A program made the translations under genes and the position numbers. Of a DNA stretch of 64,000 bases, positions 9,853 through 19,854 are shown one piece after another. The notes beneath the pieces are model-generated. The model made no database searches. It was not told the origin of the DNA and saw nothing but the letters and a program-made list of their open reading frames with translations. This stretch comes from an uncultured PS1 clade bacterium (GTDB lineage Bacteria > Pseudomonadota > Alphaproteobacteria > MED-G09). The stretch covers positions 79,158 to 143,157 of the forward strand of contig CACBCD010000001.1 of assembly GCA_902537725.1 (NCBI GenBank), read 5' to 3'. How positions within the stretch are numbered: position 1 is the first letter of the stretch; each line of letters begins with the position of its first letter.

Positions 9853-11013
9853 ATGGCTAAAGATAAAACAGGATTTGATACTAGAGCTATTCATGCTGGT
9901 CAGAAAAGTGACCCTGTTACTGGTGCTGTTATGACACCAATATATGCATCATCAACATATGAGCAAGAAAGCCCTGGAGTGCACAAAGGTTATGAGTATT
10001 CTAGAACATCTAACCCAACTCGGAAGGCTCTTGAGGATTGTATTGCTGATCTTGAGGGTGGTGATTCAGGTTTTGCATTCGCTTCAGGTATGGCTGCAAC
10101 ATCAACTATTTTGGAATTACTAGATGCTGGCGATCATGTTATAGCTTCTGATGATCTTTATGGTGGTACATACAGATTAATGGAAGATGTTAGAAAAAGA
10201 ACGTCATCTCTGGATTTTAGTTTTGTAGATTTTTCAAGTACTGAAAATATTTTAAAAGAAATAAAATCAAATACAAAAATGTTATGGTTAGAAACTCCAT
10301 CCAATCCGTTATTAAAAATTACTGATCTTGAGGAAATTTCATCTGTTATTACTGATAAAAATATTATTAAAGTCTGTGATAATACCTTTTCATCACCCTG
10401 GATACAAAGACCACTAGATTTTAATTTTGATATTGTAATGCACTCAGCAACAAAGTATATCGGCGGACATTCTGATGTTGTTGGTGGTCTAGCTATTACA
10501 TCAAAAAATAGAACTGACTTATCAGATGAGCTTGCTTATTTAATTAATGCCAGTGGCGGTATTGCAGGACCTTTTGATAGCTTTCTTCTTTTAAGAAGTC
10601 TTAAAACCTTATCAGTAAGGATGCAAAGGCATTCAGAAAATGCTCAAGCAGTTGCAGAATTTTTAGAGAGTCACTCCTCAGTTTCAAAAACTATTTATCC
10701 TGGCCTTGTAAGCCATCCCCAGCATGACATTGCTAAGAAACAGATGAATATGTTTGGTGGTATGGTTACTTTTATTGTTAAAGGTGGTTTATCATCAGCA
10801 AAGAAGCTGCTAGAAAATTTAGAGGTTTTTACTCTTGCAGAAAGCTTAGGTGGTGCTGAGAGTTTAGCTGAACATCCTGCAATTATGACTCACGCCTCTA
10901 TTCCAAAGGTAACACGAGAGTCCCTAGGAATTGATGATGGACTAATTCGTTTATCTGTAGGCCTTGAGTCAATACAAGATCTTATTAGTGATCTAGATAA
11001 TGCATTAAAATAA
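9853..11013 (+). CDS. Cystathionine gamma-lyase / gamma-synthase family PLP enzyme
   Basis: 386 aa. HSATKYIGGHSDVVGG PLP-lysine motif of the Cys/Met-metabolism family. 9 nt downstream of the CBS gene. Confidence 0.8.
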   Translation: MAKDKTGFDTRAIHAGQKSDPVTGAVMTPIYASSTYEQESPGVHKGYEYSRTSNPTRKALEDCIADLEGGDSGFAFASGMAATSTILELLDAGDHVIASDDLYGGTYRLMEDVRKRTSSLDFSFVDFSSTENILKEIKSNTKMLWLETPSNPLLKITDLEEISSVITDKNIIKVCDNTFSSPWIQRPLDFNFDIVMHSATKYIGGHSDVVGGLAITSKNRTDLSDELAYLINASGGIAGPFDSFLLLRSLKTLSVRMQRHSENAQAVAEFLESHSSVSKTIYPGLVSHPQHDIAKKQMNMFGGMVTFIVKGGLSSAKKLLENLEVFTLAESLGGAESLAEHPAIMTHASIPKVTRESLGIDDGLIRLSVGLESIQDLISDLDNALK

Positions 11014-11016
11014 AAT

Positions 11017-12237
11017 TTATTTAATTCCTACCTTAAAAGCATTAAATTTATATATCCAACTTGATTGAATTATTATTAAAGGCATAATTTTATTTAGAAT
11101 ATATAAACCTGAATGGATAATAAATTTTAGTATTGGATTTTTAATATGAAATATTTTTAAATTTCTTAATGAACTCTTTTGAAGTTTTTTAATTCTTTTT
11201 TCCCTAAATTTTTGAAAATATAAAAGATTATTTTTAGAATAATTATGTTCTGAAATAAGTCTTGATAGAATTATTGCATCTTCCATAGCGCTGTTACCTC
11301 CCTGACCATATGAAGGTGACATAGGGTGGGCTGCATCACCAATTATTACAGCTCTTCTAGATACCCAATTTTTAATAAATTTAATATCAAATAGTCCCCA
11401 TTTATTTGGTTTATCGATATTTTTTATGATTTCCTCAACTGTACTGTTAACGTTTCCAAAATCTTTTTTTAAATCTTCTTTGTTTCCAAATTGATGCCAA
11501 GATTGACCAAACCATGCATCTTTTCTAACAGTTCCAATAAAATTGAGAAGATTATTTTTTCTTATAGGATAATGAACAAAATGTTTTTCATTACCCATCC
11601 ATATAGTAGGTGGAAGTGATTTAACTTTTTCTGATAGATCTTCCATTTTAATGACACCTCTCCAAGCAATAATATTTGAAAATTTACTTATTGCAGTTGG
11701 ATTTAAAACTTCTGCTACTTTTGAATTGATGCCATCGCATCCTATAATTAATGACCCTTCAATTTTTTCATTATTATTAAATTTTATATTCACATGATCC
11801 TTTTTTTCTTCGAATTCCTTAAGCTCATATCCAAAAAAAATAATTTCTGGATTAATTTTATTTATTTCATCAAATAAAATATTAATTACATCCTTTCTTT
11901 GAGCCTGAAAAAAGGGATATTTGAATTTTTTTTCACAGCTGTTGTTTAAGTTTTGTTTGGCTAGTAACAAACCATTATTGAAATTCCTCAGTTCTATATT
12001 CTTTGGTTTACAGGCTAAAGAGTTGATTTTTTCTTCTAGCCCTAAATTATATAAAATTGAGCTTCCATTCGGGCTAATGTTTATCCCCGCACCTCTTTGT
12101 TCAATTTCTTTTTCTTTTTCAAAAATTTGAACATTAATATTTTTTTTTAAAAGAGCTAAGCCTAGGGTTAATCCACTAATACCAGCACCAATTATTATAA
12201 TTGGTTTATTTTTCATAAGGTTTCCTGATTTCAACAA
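11017..12237 (-). CDS. FAD-dependent aromatic-ring monooxygenase (salicylate hydroxylase/UbiH-like)
   Basis: 406 aa. Dinucleotide-binding IIIGAGISGLTLGLAL and GDAAHPMSPSYGQGGNSAMEDA motif. Confidence 0.7.
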   Translation of the reverse strand: MLKSGNLMKNKPIIIIGAGISGLTLGLALLKKNINVQIFEKEKEIEQRGAGINISPNGSSILYNLGLEEKINSLACKPKNIELRNFNNGLLLAKQNLNNSCEKKFKYPFFQAQRKDVINILFDEINKINPEIIFFGYELKEFEEKKDHVNIKFNNNEKIEGSLIIGCDGINSKVAEVLNPTAISKFSNIIAWRGVIKMEDLSEKVKSLPPTIWMGNEKHFVHYPIRKNNLLNFIGTVRKDAWFGQSWHQFGNKEDLKKDFGNVNSTVEEIIKNIDKPNKWGLFDIKFIKNWVSRRAVIIGDAAHPMSPSYGQGGNSAMEDAIILSRLISEHNYSKNNLLYFQKFREKRIKKLQKSSLRNLKIFHIKNPILKFIIHSGLYILNKIMPLIIIQSSWIYKFNAFKVGIK

Positions 12238-12299
12238 ATAATCAGATTGTCATTTTTTATGGGATTGTCAATAAGCCTTGTTCATATGATTATTAAGCC

Positions 12300-14240
12300 A
12301 TGAATAAGATTTTATGGAATCCAGATAAAGAAATCATGCATTCTTCATCAATGATGAAGTTAGGTAAAACTTTTGGCTTCGTGAAAGACGATGAAAATCT
12401 TGATTATGCTTCGCTTCATAATTGGAGTGTGAATAATCTTGATACCTTTTGGAGAGAGGTTTGGGAAGGTAATAATATCATTGGTAATTTTGGTGAAGAG
12501 GTATTTTCTTCAAACGAGGATATAAGAAAAGCTTCTTTTTTTCCTGATGCAGAACTAAATTTTGCTGAAAATCTTCTTGTTGGTGATGAGAATCGTCAAG
12601 CAATTAACTTTCATGGCGAAGGAAGAGAAAGTTTTAGTTTAACTTTAAAACAACTTAGAGAAAACGTTGCTTCATTAGCTAAATGGATGAAAGAAGTAGG
12701 CGTGGAAAAAGGTGATTGTATAGCAACATTACTTCCAAATTGCCCAGAAACAATCATTACTATGCTAGCCGCCTCATCATTAGGAGCTGTTTTCACTTCT
12801 TGCTCACCTGATTTTGGTATTGAAGGAATTCTCGATCGATTTGGCCAAAGTAAGCCAAAAATTTTAATTTCATGTGATGGCTATGGCTATGGAGGGAAAA
12901 TTTTTGAAATTAAGAAAAAAACGATTGAGGTTAAAAAGTCTATTTCATCAATTAATCAGTTGGTTTTTGTTAATCATCTCTCAAAAAATAAAGAGGAAGA
13001 TAGTTTATCTTGGAATAATATTTTAGAAAAAAATAAAACAAAAAAAATTAATTTTGAGCGAATTCCGTTTAATTCGCCCTTATATATTTTATATTCAAGC
13101 GGAACAACTGGAAAACCAAAGTGTATTGTTCATTCTGTTGGAGGGGTACTTCTTCAGCATATCAAAGAACATACATATCACTGTGATTTTAGAAAAGATG
13201 ATAGAATAATGTATTTCACCACTTGCGGTTGGATGATGTGGAATTGGATGGTTTCAGCACTAGCCAAAGAAGTTACTCTAGTAATATATGATGGTTCACC
13301 AGTTGAACCAGATATGAATATATTATTTAAAATTGCTGATACAGAAAAACTTACTTTTTTAGGTGTGTCGGCAAAATATATCGATAGCCTAGCAAAGGCT
13401 AATGTCGAACCAAAAAAATATTTTAACTTATCAAGTTTAAGAGTAATTGCTTCAACCGGTTCACCGCTTGGGCCGCTTGGATATGATTGGGTTTACTCAA
13501 ATGTAAAAGATAATGTTCAATTATCATCTATGTCGGGCGGAACGGACTTGGTCGCTTGTTTTGTAGGAGGCAATCCTTGTCTGCCTGTCTTTAGGGGGGA
13601 AATTCAATGCGCTATATTAGGTATGGATACACAATCATGGAAGAGTCAGAATAATGATATTATAAACGAGGCTGGAGAATTGGTTTGTGTAAAGCCTTTT
13701 CCATCAATGCCAATAGAATTTTTAAATGATAAGTATGATGAAAAATATAAAAAAGCTTATTTTACAAAGTATTCAAATGTTTGGCATCATGGTGATTTTG
13801 TTATTAAAACAAATAGAAAAACTTTTATCGTTGAAGGAAGATCTGATGCAACTTTAAATCCTGGTGGAATTAGAATTGGTACCGCTGAAATATACCGTCA
13901 TGTAGAAAATCATGAAAAGGTAAAAGAAGCACTCGCTGTCGGTCAGGATTGGGAGGGGGATCAAAGAATAATTCTATATTTAATTTTGAAAGAAGGAGTC
14001 CTACTTGATATTGAGTTAAATATTGAAATTAAATCACTAATAAGACAGAAAGCCAGTCCAAGACATGTACCGTCAAAAATTTTTCAAGTAGAAGATTTTC
14101 CTAGAACAAGATCGGGTAAAATTTCTGAGCTTGCTGTTAAAGATATAATTCACGGTAAAGAAATTAAAAATACTGAGGCGTTAATCAACCCTGAGATATT
14201 GAAAAATTTTAGAGATTTTAAGGATTTATTTGAAAAGTAA
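12300..14240 (+). CDS. Acetoacetyl-CoA synthetase (acetoacetate-CoA ligase)
   Basis: 646 aa. AMP-binding motif YSSGTTGKPKCIVHS. Length and N-terminal region are typical of the acetoacetyl-CoA synthetase subfamily. Confidence 0.75.
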   Translation: MNKILWNPDKEIMHSSSMMKLGKTFGFVKDDENLDYASLHNWSVNNLDTFWREVWEGNNIIGNFGEEVFSSNEDIRKASFFPDAELNFAENLLVGDENRQAINFHGEGRESFSLTLKQLRENVASLAKWMKEVGVEKGDCIATLLPNCPETIITMLAASSLGAVFTSCSPDFGIEGILDRFGQSKPKILISCDGYGYGGKIFEIKKKTIEVKKSISSINQLVFVNHLSKNKEEDSLSWNNILEKNKTKKINFERIPFNSPLYILYSSGTTGKPKCIVHSVGGVLLQHIKEHTYHCDFRKDDRIMYFTTCGWMMWNWMVSALAKEVTLVIYDGSPVEPDMNILFKIADTEKLTFLGVSAKYIDSLAKANVEPKKYFNLSSLRVIASTGSPLGPLGYDWVYSNVKDNVQLSSMSGGTDLVACFVGGNPCLPVFRGEIQCAILGMDTQSWKSQNNDIINEAGELVCVKPFPSMPIEFLNDKYDEKYKKAYFTKYSNVWHHGDFVIKTNRKTFIVEGRSDATLNPGGIRIGTAEIYRHVENHEKVKEALAVGQDWEGDQRIILYLILKEGVLLDIELNIEIKSLIRQKASPRHVPSKIFQVEDFPRTRSGKISELAVKDIIHGKEIKNTEALINPEILKNFRDFKDLFEK

Positions 14241-14244
14241 TTTT

Positions 14245-15774
14245 CTATTCGGCATTTAGCTCATTATAATTTGGACGAGACATCATAAAATAATATTCCG
14301 TTCCATAGCCAGGGTAGTTATTAATTATTTTTCCTTCTTCCGTCTTATACCAGCTACCACAATTAGATGCCCAAACTGTTTCGCCGAGTTTCTTTTGTAG
14401 TTTATTATTATACGACACCATGGCTGTATTTTTTACATCTAAGTAATTTAGTTTATTATTTTTTAAGTATCTTAGGCATTTCATTATGAACATTATCTGT
14501 GACTCAATCATATAAATTATTGAAACATGTCCAGTATTTGTATTTGGACCATAACAAATATAAAAGTTAGGGAAGTTTGGTACCATCACTCCTCTGTATG
14601 CTTCGGCTCCATTTGACCACACATCATCAAGTTTTATTTCATTTAATCCTATAATTTTAACTGGAGATATAAAAATATTAGCTTCAAAACCTGTGCCAAA
14701 TATAATTGCATCTACCTCATGATGATTTCCATCTCTAGTTATTATTTGATTACCTTCAATTTTATCTATTAATGATGTCTCAAGGTACACGTTATCTCTA
14801 CAAATTGCAGGATAGTAGTCATTAGTTGGTATTATTCTTTTACAACCAATTGGGTAATCAGGTATTAGTTTTTTCTTCAATTTTTCATCACTAATTTGCT
14901 CGTCAATCAACATAAAAGCCCCAGCTTTATATACATCTTCGAATTTAAATAACTTAAATCTAGTAAGGATAGCTGAAACAACCTTTTCAAAAATTTTTAC
15001 TGCCTTGTTATGTTTATAGTAAAAAGCTAAATAGTTTCTTTCTTGAGTTAAATAAAAATAAAATCTGTATATTCTTGCTAAAAGAGGAATATTTCTTAAA
15101 CAAAATTTTTCGAATGAACCATATGGCCTATCAGGCTTAGGAACTATCCAATTATTACTTCTTTGGAAAATAGTTAATTGTTCAACTTTTCCTGCTATTT
15201 TAGGGATAAAGCCAATTGCGCTTGGTCCATTTCCAATAACGGCTACTTTTTTCCCCTCTAAATTATAATTATGATCCCATTGTGCACTGTGAAAGTTGTG
15301 CCCATTAAAATCTTTTAAACCATTTATTTCAGGATATTTGGGTTTATTAAGTTGTCCAAGGCCACTTACCAATGATCGAGATCTGAAAACTTCACCATTA
15401 AATAAATACGTCTCCCAGCATTTATCCTTTTGATTATATTTTGACTCTTTTACTTCACTATTAAACTTTATATGTGGCCTTATTTTAAATTTATCAGTTA
15501 CATTTTCTAGATACTCAAGTATTTCATATTGTTCAGGAAAAGTTTTAGACCAATTAGGATTCATTGAAAATGAATAGGAGTAAAAATGCGATGGAACATC
15601 ACAACACAATCCTGGGTATGTGTTATTTCTCCATGTTCCTCCAACACCGTCATTTTTTTCAAGGATTAAAAATGTTTGATCTTTCTTTTTGAGGAGACTA
15701 TGTGCCATTCCTATTCCTGATACACCTGCCCCAAGAATAATAATATCATATATAGTATTGCTATTACTTCCCAT
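14245..15774 (-). CDS. Baeyer-Villiger flavin monooxygenase (type I BVMO)
   Basis: 509 aa. FAD site ILGAGVSGIG, BVMO fingerprint FxGxxxHxxxW as FNGHNFHSAQWD, NADPH site VIGNGPSA. Confidence 0.8.
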   Translation of the reverse strand: MGSNSNTIYDIIILGAGVSGIGMAHSLLKKKDQTFLILEKNDGVGGTWRNNTYPGLCCDVPSHFYSYSFSMNPNWSKTFPEQYEILEYLENVTDKFKIRPHIKFNSEVKESKYNQKDKCWETYLFNGEVFRSRSLVSGLGQLNKPKYPEINGLKDFNGHNFHSAQWDHNYNLEGKKVAVIGNGPSAIGFIPKIAGKVEQLTIFQRSNNWIVPKPDRPYGSFEKFCLRNIPLLARIYRFYFYLTQERNYLAFYYKHNKAVKIFEKVVSAILTRFKLFKFEDVYKAGAFMLIDEQISDEKLKKKLIPDYPIGCKRIIPTNDYYPAICRDNVYLETSLIDKIEGNQIITRDGNHHEVDAIIFGTGFEANIFISPVKIIGLNEIKLDDVWSNGAEAYRGVMVPNFPNFYICYGPNTNTGHVSIIYMIESQIMFIMKCLRYLKNNKLNYLDVKNTAMVSYNNKLQKKLGETVWASNCGSWYKTEEGKIINNYPGYGTEYYFMMSRPNYNELNAE

Positions 15775-15797
15775 ATTAGCGAGATTATATTTAAGGT

Positions 15798-17018
15798 ATG
15801 GATTTGCAAGCTAAATCTTATATTATGAGTTATCAAACTAAGGAAATTCTTTTGAGTAAATACTATAATATTGATGATTTAAGACTTCTTGCAAAAAGGA
15901 GAGTTCCACAAGCAGTTTTTGATTATGCTGATGGGGCTGCAGAAGATGAATTAACTAAAAAGAATAATAGAAATGCCTATAGAAAATGGAAGCTTATACC
16001 CGATGCATTAATTGATGTAGCAGATATTGATACAAAAACAGAGGTTTTAGGAACAAAAATGCCCTATCCTTTTGCATTAGGGCCGACAGCAATTTCTTAC
16101 CTTTTTCATCATTCAGGTGAACCAGCTGTAGCAAGAGCTGCATCAAAAAGAAATTTTCCTTCTACACTATCATCTATAGCAAGCACAAATATTGAAGATT
16201 ATGCGGACGCATCAGATGGTTCAGTTTGGTATCAAATGTATGTTTGGAAGAATAGAGAAATTAGTTATGATTTTATCAAGAGGTGTAAGAAAAAAAAATA
16301 TAAGGCAATTATGTTAACCGTAGACGTGCCTGTTGGTGGAAAACGAGAAAGAGACCTTAGAAGTGGTATGACAGTTCCGCCCCGCCTAACTTTAGCTTCT
16401 ATTATTGATGCTGCTTTTCATCCAACATGGTGGTGGAATTTTATTTTCGGGCCAAAAATAAAATTTGCAAATGTTAAAGAGCGTTTTACTGGTAAGAAAA
16501 CAAACCTTAGTAATATTATGACATATATGAATCAACAATTTGATCCTTCAGTTACATGGGAAGAAGCAAAAGAAATTGCTTCAATGTGGGGAGGCCCATT
16601 CGCTATTAAAGGTATTATGAATTCTGCTGATGCAGAGAGAGCTATAGAAATTGGTGCATCAGCCATTGTAATTTCTAATCATGGTGGACGGCAACTTGAT
16701 AGCGCTGCAGCACCCATAGATGTTTTACCTGGAATTGCCAAGACTGTTAACAAAAGGGTTGAAATATTAATCGATGGAGGAATTAGAAGAGGTTCTGATA
16801 TTATCAAAGCCATTGCTCTTGGTGCGGATGCCTGTTTAATTGGAAGACCTTGGGTATATGGTTTAGCTGCTAAAGGTGAAGAGGGAGTTGGTATTGCAAT
16901 AGATGTTTTGGCCTCTGAGGTTAGAAGAAATCTTCAACTTTTAGGGTGTCAAAGCATTAAGGATCTTAAAAGGAAACATATAGCTTTGGATCGGGAGTTG
17001 TTAGATGAAATTGAGTAA
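15798..17018 (+). CDS. FMN-dependent alpha-hydroxy-acid dehydrogenase/oxidase (LldD/glycolate oxidase family)
   Basis: 406 aa. VISNHGGRQLD motif and overall TIM-barrel family pattern. Confidence 0.8.
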   Translation: MDLQAKSYIMSYQTKEILLSKYYNIDDLRLLAKRRVPQAVFDYADGAAEDELTKKNNRNAYRKWKLIPDALIDVADIDTKTEVLGTKMPYPFALGPTAISYLFHHSGEPAVARAASKRNFPSTLSSIASTNIEDYADASDGSVWYQMYVWKNREISYDFIKRCKKKKYKAIMLTVDVPVGGKRERDLRSGMTVPPRLTLASIIDAAFHPTWWWNFIFGPKIKFANVKERFTGKKTNLSNIMTYMNQQFDPSVTWEEAKEIASMWGGPFAIKGIMNSADAERAIEIGASAIVISNHGGRQLDSAAAPIDVLPGIAKTVNKRVEILIDGGIRRGSDIIKAIALGADACLIGRPWVYGLAAKGEEGVGIAIDVLASEVRRNLQLLGCQSIKDLKRKHIALDRELLDEIE

Positions 17019-17021
17019 TTA

Positions 17022-18317
17022 ATGTATCAAGAAAAAATAAAAAATTATAAACAAAGTAATAAGAGTGAGTTTGACTTAGGCTTTAATAGTGAACGATTAG
17101 CTTATATTCCTGAATATTTTTCTTCATATTTGGATAAGTCAAAACTTCCAAATTTTACTCTTTTGGTTTCAAGAAATAACCAAATTGCACATTTGTCCTC
17201 TCAAGGACTTGCGAGTGTAGAGGATAAAACCCAATTAAGCTATGATTCAATTTATAGAATTTTCTCAATGACGAAGCCAATTACATCTACAGCTATAATG
17301 ATGCTATATGAAAGAGGATTATTAAGATTAGAGCATGAAGTATCTAGATATCTTCCAGAATTTAAAAATATTAAAGTTTGGGATGGAGGCGATATTGAAA
17401 ATTATAGTGTTCGGGACCCTAGCCAACCAATTTTAATTAGAGACTTATTAACACATACTTCAGGTATGACTTATGGATTTATGTTAGGTCATCCCGTTAT
17501 TAAACTTTATAATACAAGTGGTCTGGCATCTGCAAAAAATCCTAAAACAAAAGAAGAAATGGGACTTGATGAGTTTTCAAATGTTGCATCCTCGTTACCC
17601 CTTACATTTGATCCTGGGTCAAAATGGAATTATTCAATTTCTATAGACATTCTTGGTAGAATTATTGAAGTTGTTTCCGGGCTTAAGCTTGATGATTTTC
17701 TTCACGATAATATCTTTAAGCCTTTAAACATGATTGATACAGATTTTTATGTGCCAGAAGACAAGCATGATCGTTTTGTGGATTGTTATCAGGAATTAGT
17801 TTCAAAAAGCGGAAATAAACTTAAACGCTGCCACAAGGGTGGTGAAGATATTTTTTCGAAAAAAAGAAATTTCTTATCAGGCGGAGGTGGTTTGTGTTCA
17901 ACTCTTGCTGATTATGCAAATTTTTGTCAAATGATACTTAATGAAGGTTATTTTGATGGAAAACAATTATTAAGCCCAATAACAGTTAGGTTTATGAGAG
18001 AAAACCATCTGCCAAATAATCAAACAATGAATGAAATGGGTGATGATAATTTTTCTGAGGTAAGATATGACGGAGCTGGATTTGGTCTCGGATTTTCCAG
18101 TTTAATTGATCCAGTAAAGTCTATGTCACCATTATCACTTGGTTCAATTTCTTGGGGTGGAATGGCAAGTACCTTTTTTTGGATAGATCCTCAAGAAAAT
18201 CTTTTCGCAATTTTATTGACCCAGCTAATCCCCTCTGGTCGATATCCAATAAGACCACAAGCACAAACGTTAGTTTATTCTGCGTTAAGCAAACTTAATA
18301 AAAATACTAGACTTTAA
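17022..18317 (+). CDS. Serine hydrolase, beta-lactamase (class C)/EstB-like esterase family
   Basis: 431 aa. SxxK motif SMTKPITS. 3 nt after the preceding gene. Confidence 0.7.
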   Translation: MYQEKIKNYKQSNKSEFDLGFNSERLAYIPEYFSSYLDKSKLPNFTLLVSRNNQIAHLSSQGLASVEDKTQLSYDSIYRIFSMTKPITSTAIMMLYERGLLRLEHEVSRYLPEFKNIKVWDGGDIENYSVRDPSQPILIRDLLTHTSGMTYGFMLGHPVIKLYNTSGLASAKNPKTKEEMGLDEFSNVASSLPLTFDPGSKWNYSISIDILGRIIEVVSGLKLDDFLHDNIFKPLNMIDTDFYVPEDKHDRFVDCYQELVSKSGNKLKRCHKGGEDIFSKKRNFLSGGGGLCSTLADYANFCQMILNEGYFDGKQLLSPITVRFMRENHLPNNQTMNEMGDDNFSEVRYDGAGFGLGFSSLIDPVKSMSPLSLGSISWGGMASTFFWIDPQENLFAILLTQLIPSGRYPIRPQAQTLVYSALSKLNKNTRL

Positions 18318-18354
18318 ATAATAATAATTATAAGTTTATGACAATTCAGAAATG

Positions 18355-18476
18355 AATGCGTGGTGATTTGAGCCAGTCGGCTTGCGTCCACGTGAAAAAA
18401 AATCGCTAAAAATGACTGGGGGATACCCGGGTAAATCCGGGTTTTTTTATCTCTCAGTAAAAAAAGGAGATAAAAA
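18355..18476 (+). promoter_or_regulatory. Candidate SAM-II/SAM-V-class riboswitch leader of metY (aptamer, terminator and SD-sequestering helix)
   Basis: gcgtgg (18358-63) pairs with ccacgt (18388-93), enclosing GAUUU and a small agcc/ggct hairpin. It is followed by an A-run and UCGCUAAAAA (18403-12), which can pair back to GCG (18384-86) in an H-type pseudoknot layout. A GC-rich terminator and an anti-SD helix follow. Confidence 0.5.
18425..18448 (+). terminator. Intrinsic terminator/attenuator inside the metY leader
   Basis: acccgg (18425-30) pairs with ccgggt (18437-42), 6-nt loop, T7 run 18442-18448, located 29 nt before the metY start. Confidence 0.65.
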
Positions 18477-19769
18477 ATGACTATAGATAGTAAAAATCCT
18501 GAAACGCTAGCCCTTCATGCAGGATGGCGTTCTGATCCAACAACTAATTCAGTTGCAGTTCCGATCCATCAAACTACTAGTTATCAGTTTGACTCTACTG
18601 AGCATGCCGCTAACCTTTTCGCATTATCAGAATTAGGAAATATATATTCTCGAATTATGAATCCTACATGTGATGTGCTTGAACAAAGAATAGCTGCATT
18701 AGAGGGTGGTGCTGCTGCATTAGCTGTTGCTTCAGGACAAACTGCAACAGCTTATGCTTTACAAAATATTGCTAGGGCTGGTGACAATATTGTTTCTTCA
18801 ACAGACCTATATGGTGGAACATGGAACCAATTAAATAATACATTTAAAGATATGGGTATTGAAGTACGTTTTGTTGACCCAAAAGATCCGAATGCATTCG
18901 CTGAAGCTACAGATGATAAAACAAGAGCTTATTTTGCAGAAACTTTACCTAATCCTAAGTTAGAGGTTTTTCCTATTAAAGAGGTTTCAGATATCGGAAG
19001 AAAACTTGGAATTCCTCTAATTGTCGATAATACAGCTGCACCAATTTTATGTAAGCCATTTGAGCTTGGAGCAGCAGTTGTTGTTTACTCATCAACTAAA
19101 TATATTGGTGGTCATGGTACTTCAATTGGCGGTCTAATTGTTGATGGAGGAAACTTTGATTGGGCAGGTGCCGGTGATAGACAGCCTGCTTTAAATACTC
19201 CTGATCCATCCTATCATGGTGCAATATTTACCGTTGCAGCAGAACCACTGGGACCAATTGCTTATATCTTGAAAGCTAGAACAACTATTCTTAGAGATTT
19301 AGGTGGTGCTATGAGTCCTATGAATGCTTTTCAATTCCTTCAAGGCTTAGAGACGCTTCCTTTAAGAATTAGAGAACACTCAAGAAATGGTCAAGGCGTA
19401 GCTGAATTCTTGGATAATCATGATAAAGTAAGTAAAGTTATTTATCCAAGCCTTCAATCTGGTGAATCCAAAGCCAGAGCTGATGCTGCTCTGAAAGGCG
19501 GATATAGTGGACTTGTTGGATTTGAATTAGCTGGTGGCGCGGAAGCTGGTAAGAAGTTCATTGATGGACTAGAGTTGCATTATCATGTGGCCAATATCGG
19601 CGATGCCAGAAGTTTGGCAATACATCCATCAAGTACAACTCATAGTCAGCTAACTGAGGATGAACAAATTGCTTCTGGGGTAACACCTGGTTATGTTCGT
19701 CTATCAGTCGGTATAGAACATATTGATGATATTATAGCTGACTTATCAAAAGCTTTAGACAACGTTTAA
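18477..19769 (+). CDS. metY: O-acetylhomoserine (thiol)-lyase / sulfhydrylase
   Basis: 430 aa. SSTKYIGGHGTSIGG PLP motif. Length and N-terminus are typical of MetY/MetZ. Confidence 0.85.
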   Translation: MTIDSKNPETLALHAGWRSDPTTNSVAVPIHQTTSYQFDSTEHAANLFALSELGNIYSRIMNPTCDVLEQRIAALEGGAAALAVASGQTATAYALQNIARAGDNIVSSTDLYGGTWNQLNNTFKDMGIEVRFVDPKDPNAFAEATDDKTRAYFAETLPNPKLEVFPIKEVSDIGRKLGIPLIVDNTAAPILCKPFELGAAVVVYSSTKYIGGHGTSIGGLIVDGGNFDWAGAGDRQPALNTPDPSYHGAIFTVAAEPLGPIAYILKARTTILRDLGGAMSPMNAFQFLQGLETLPLRIREHSRNGQGVAEFLDNHDKVSKVIYPSLQSGESKARADAALKGGYSGLVGFELAGGAEAGKKFIDGLELHYHVANIGDARSLAIHPSSTTHSQLTEDEQIASGVTPGYVRLSVGIEHIDDIIADLSKALDNV

Positions 19770-19792
19770 TAAAAATAATTTTTTATATTTTA

Positions 19793-19824
19793 AGCCATCT
19801 AGTTCCAGCTAGGTGGCTTTTTTT
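19793..19824 (+). terminator. Rho-independent terminator after metY
   Basis: 10-bp stem agccatctag/ctaggtggct (one G-U), 6-nt loop, T7 tail. Confidence 0.75.
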
Positions 19825-19854
19825 ATTTTTCATGTTAAATTTTACTAAGAAAAA

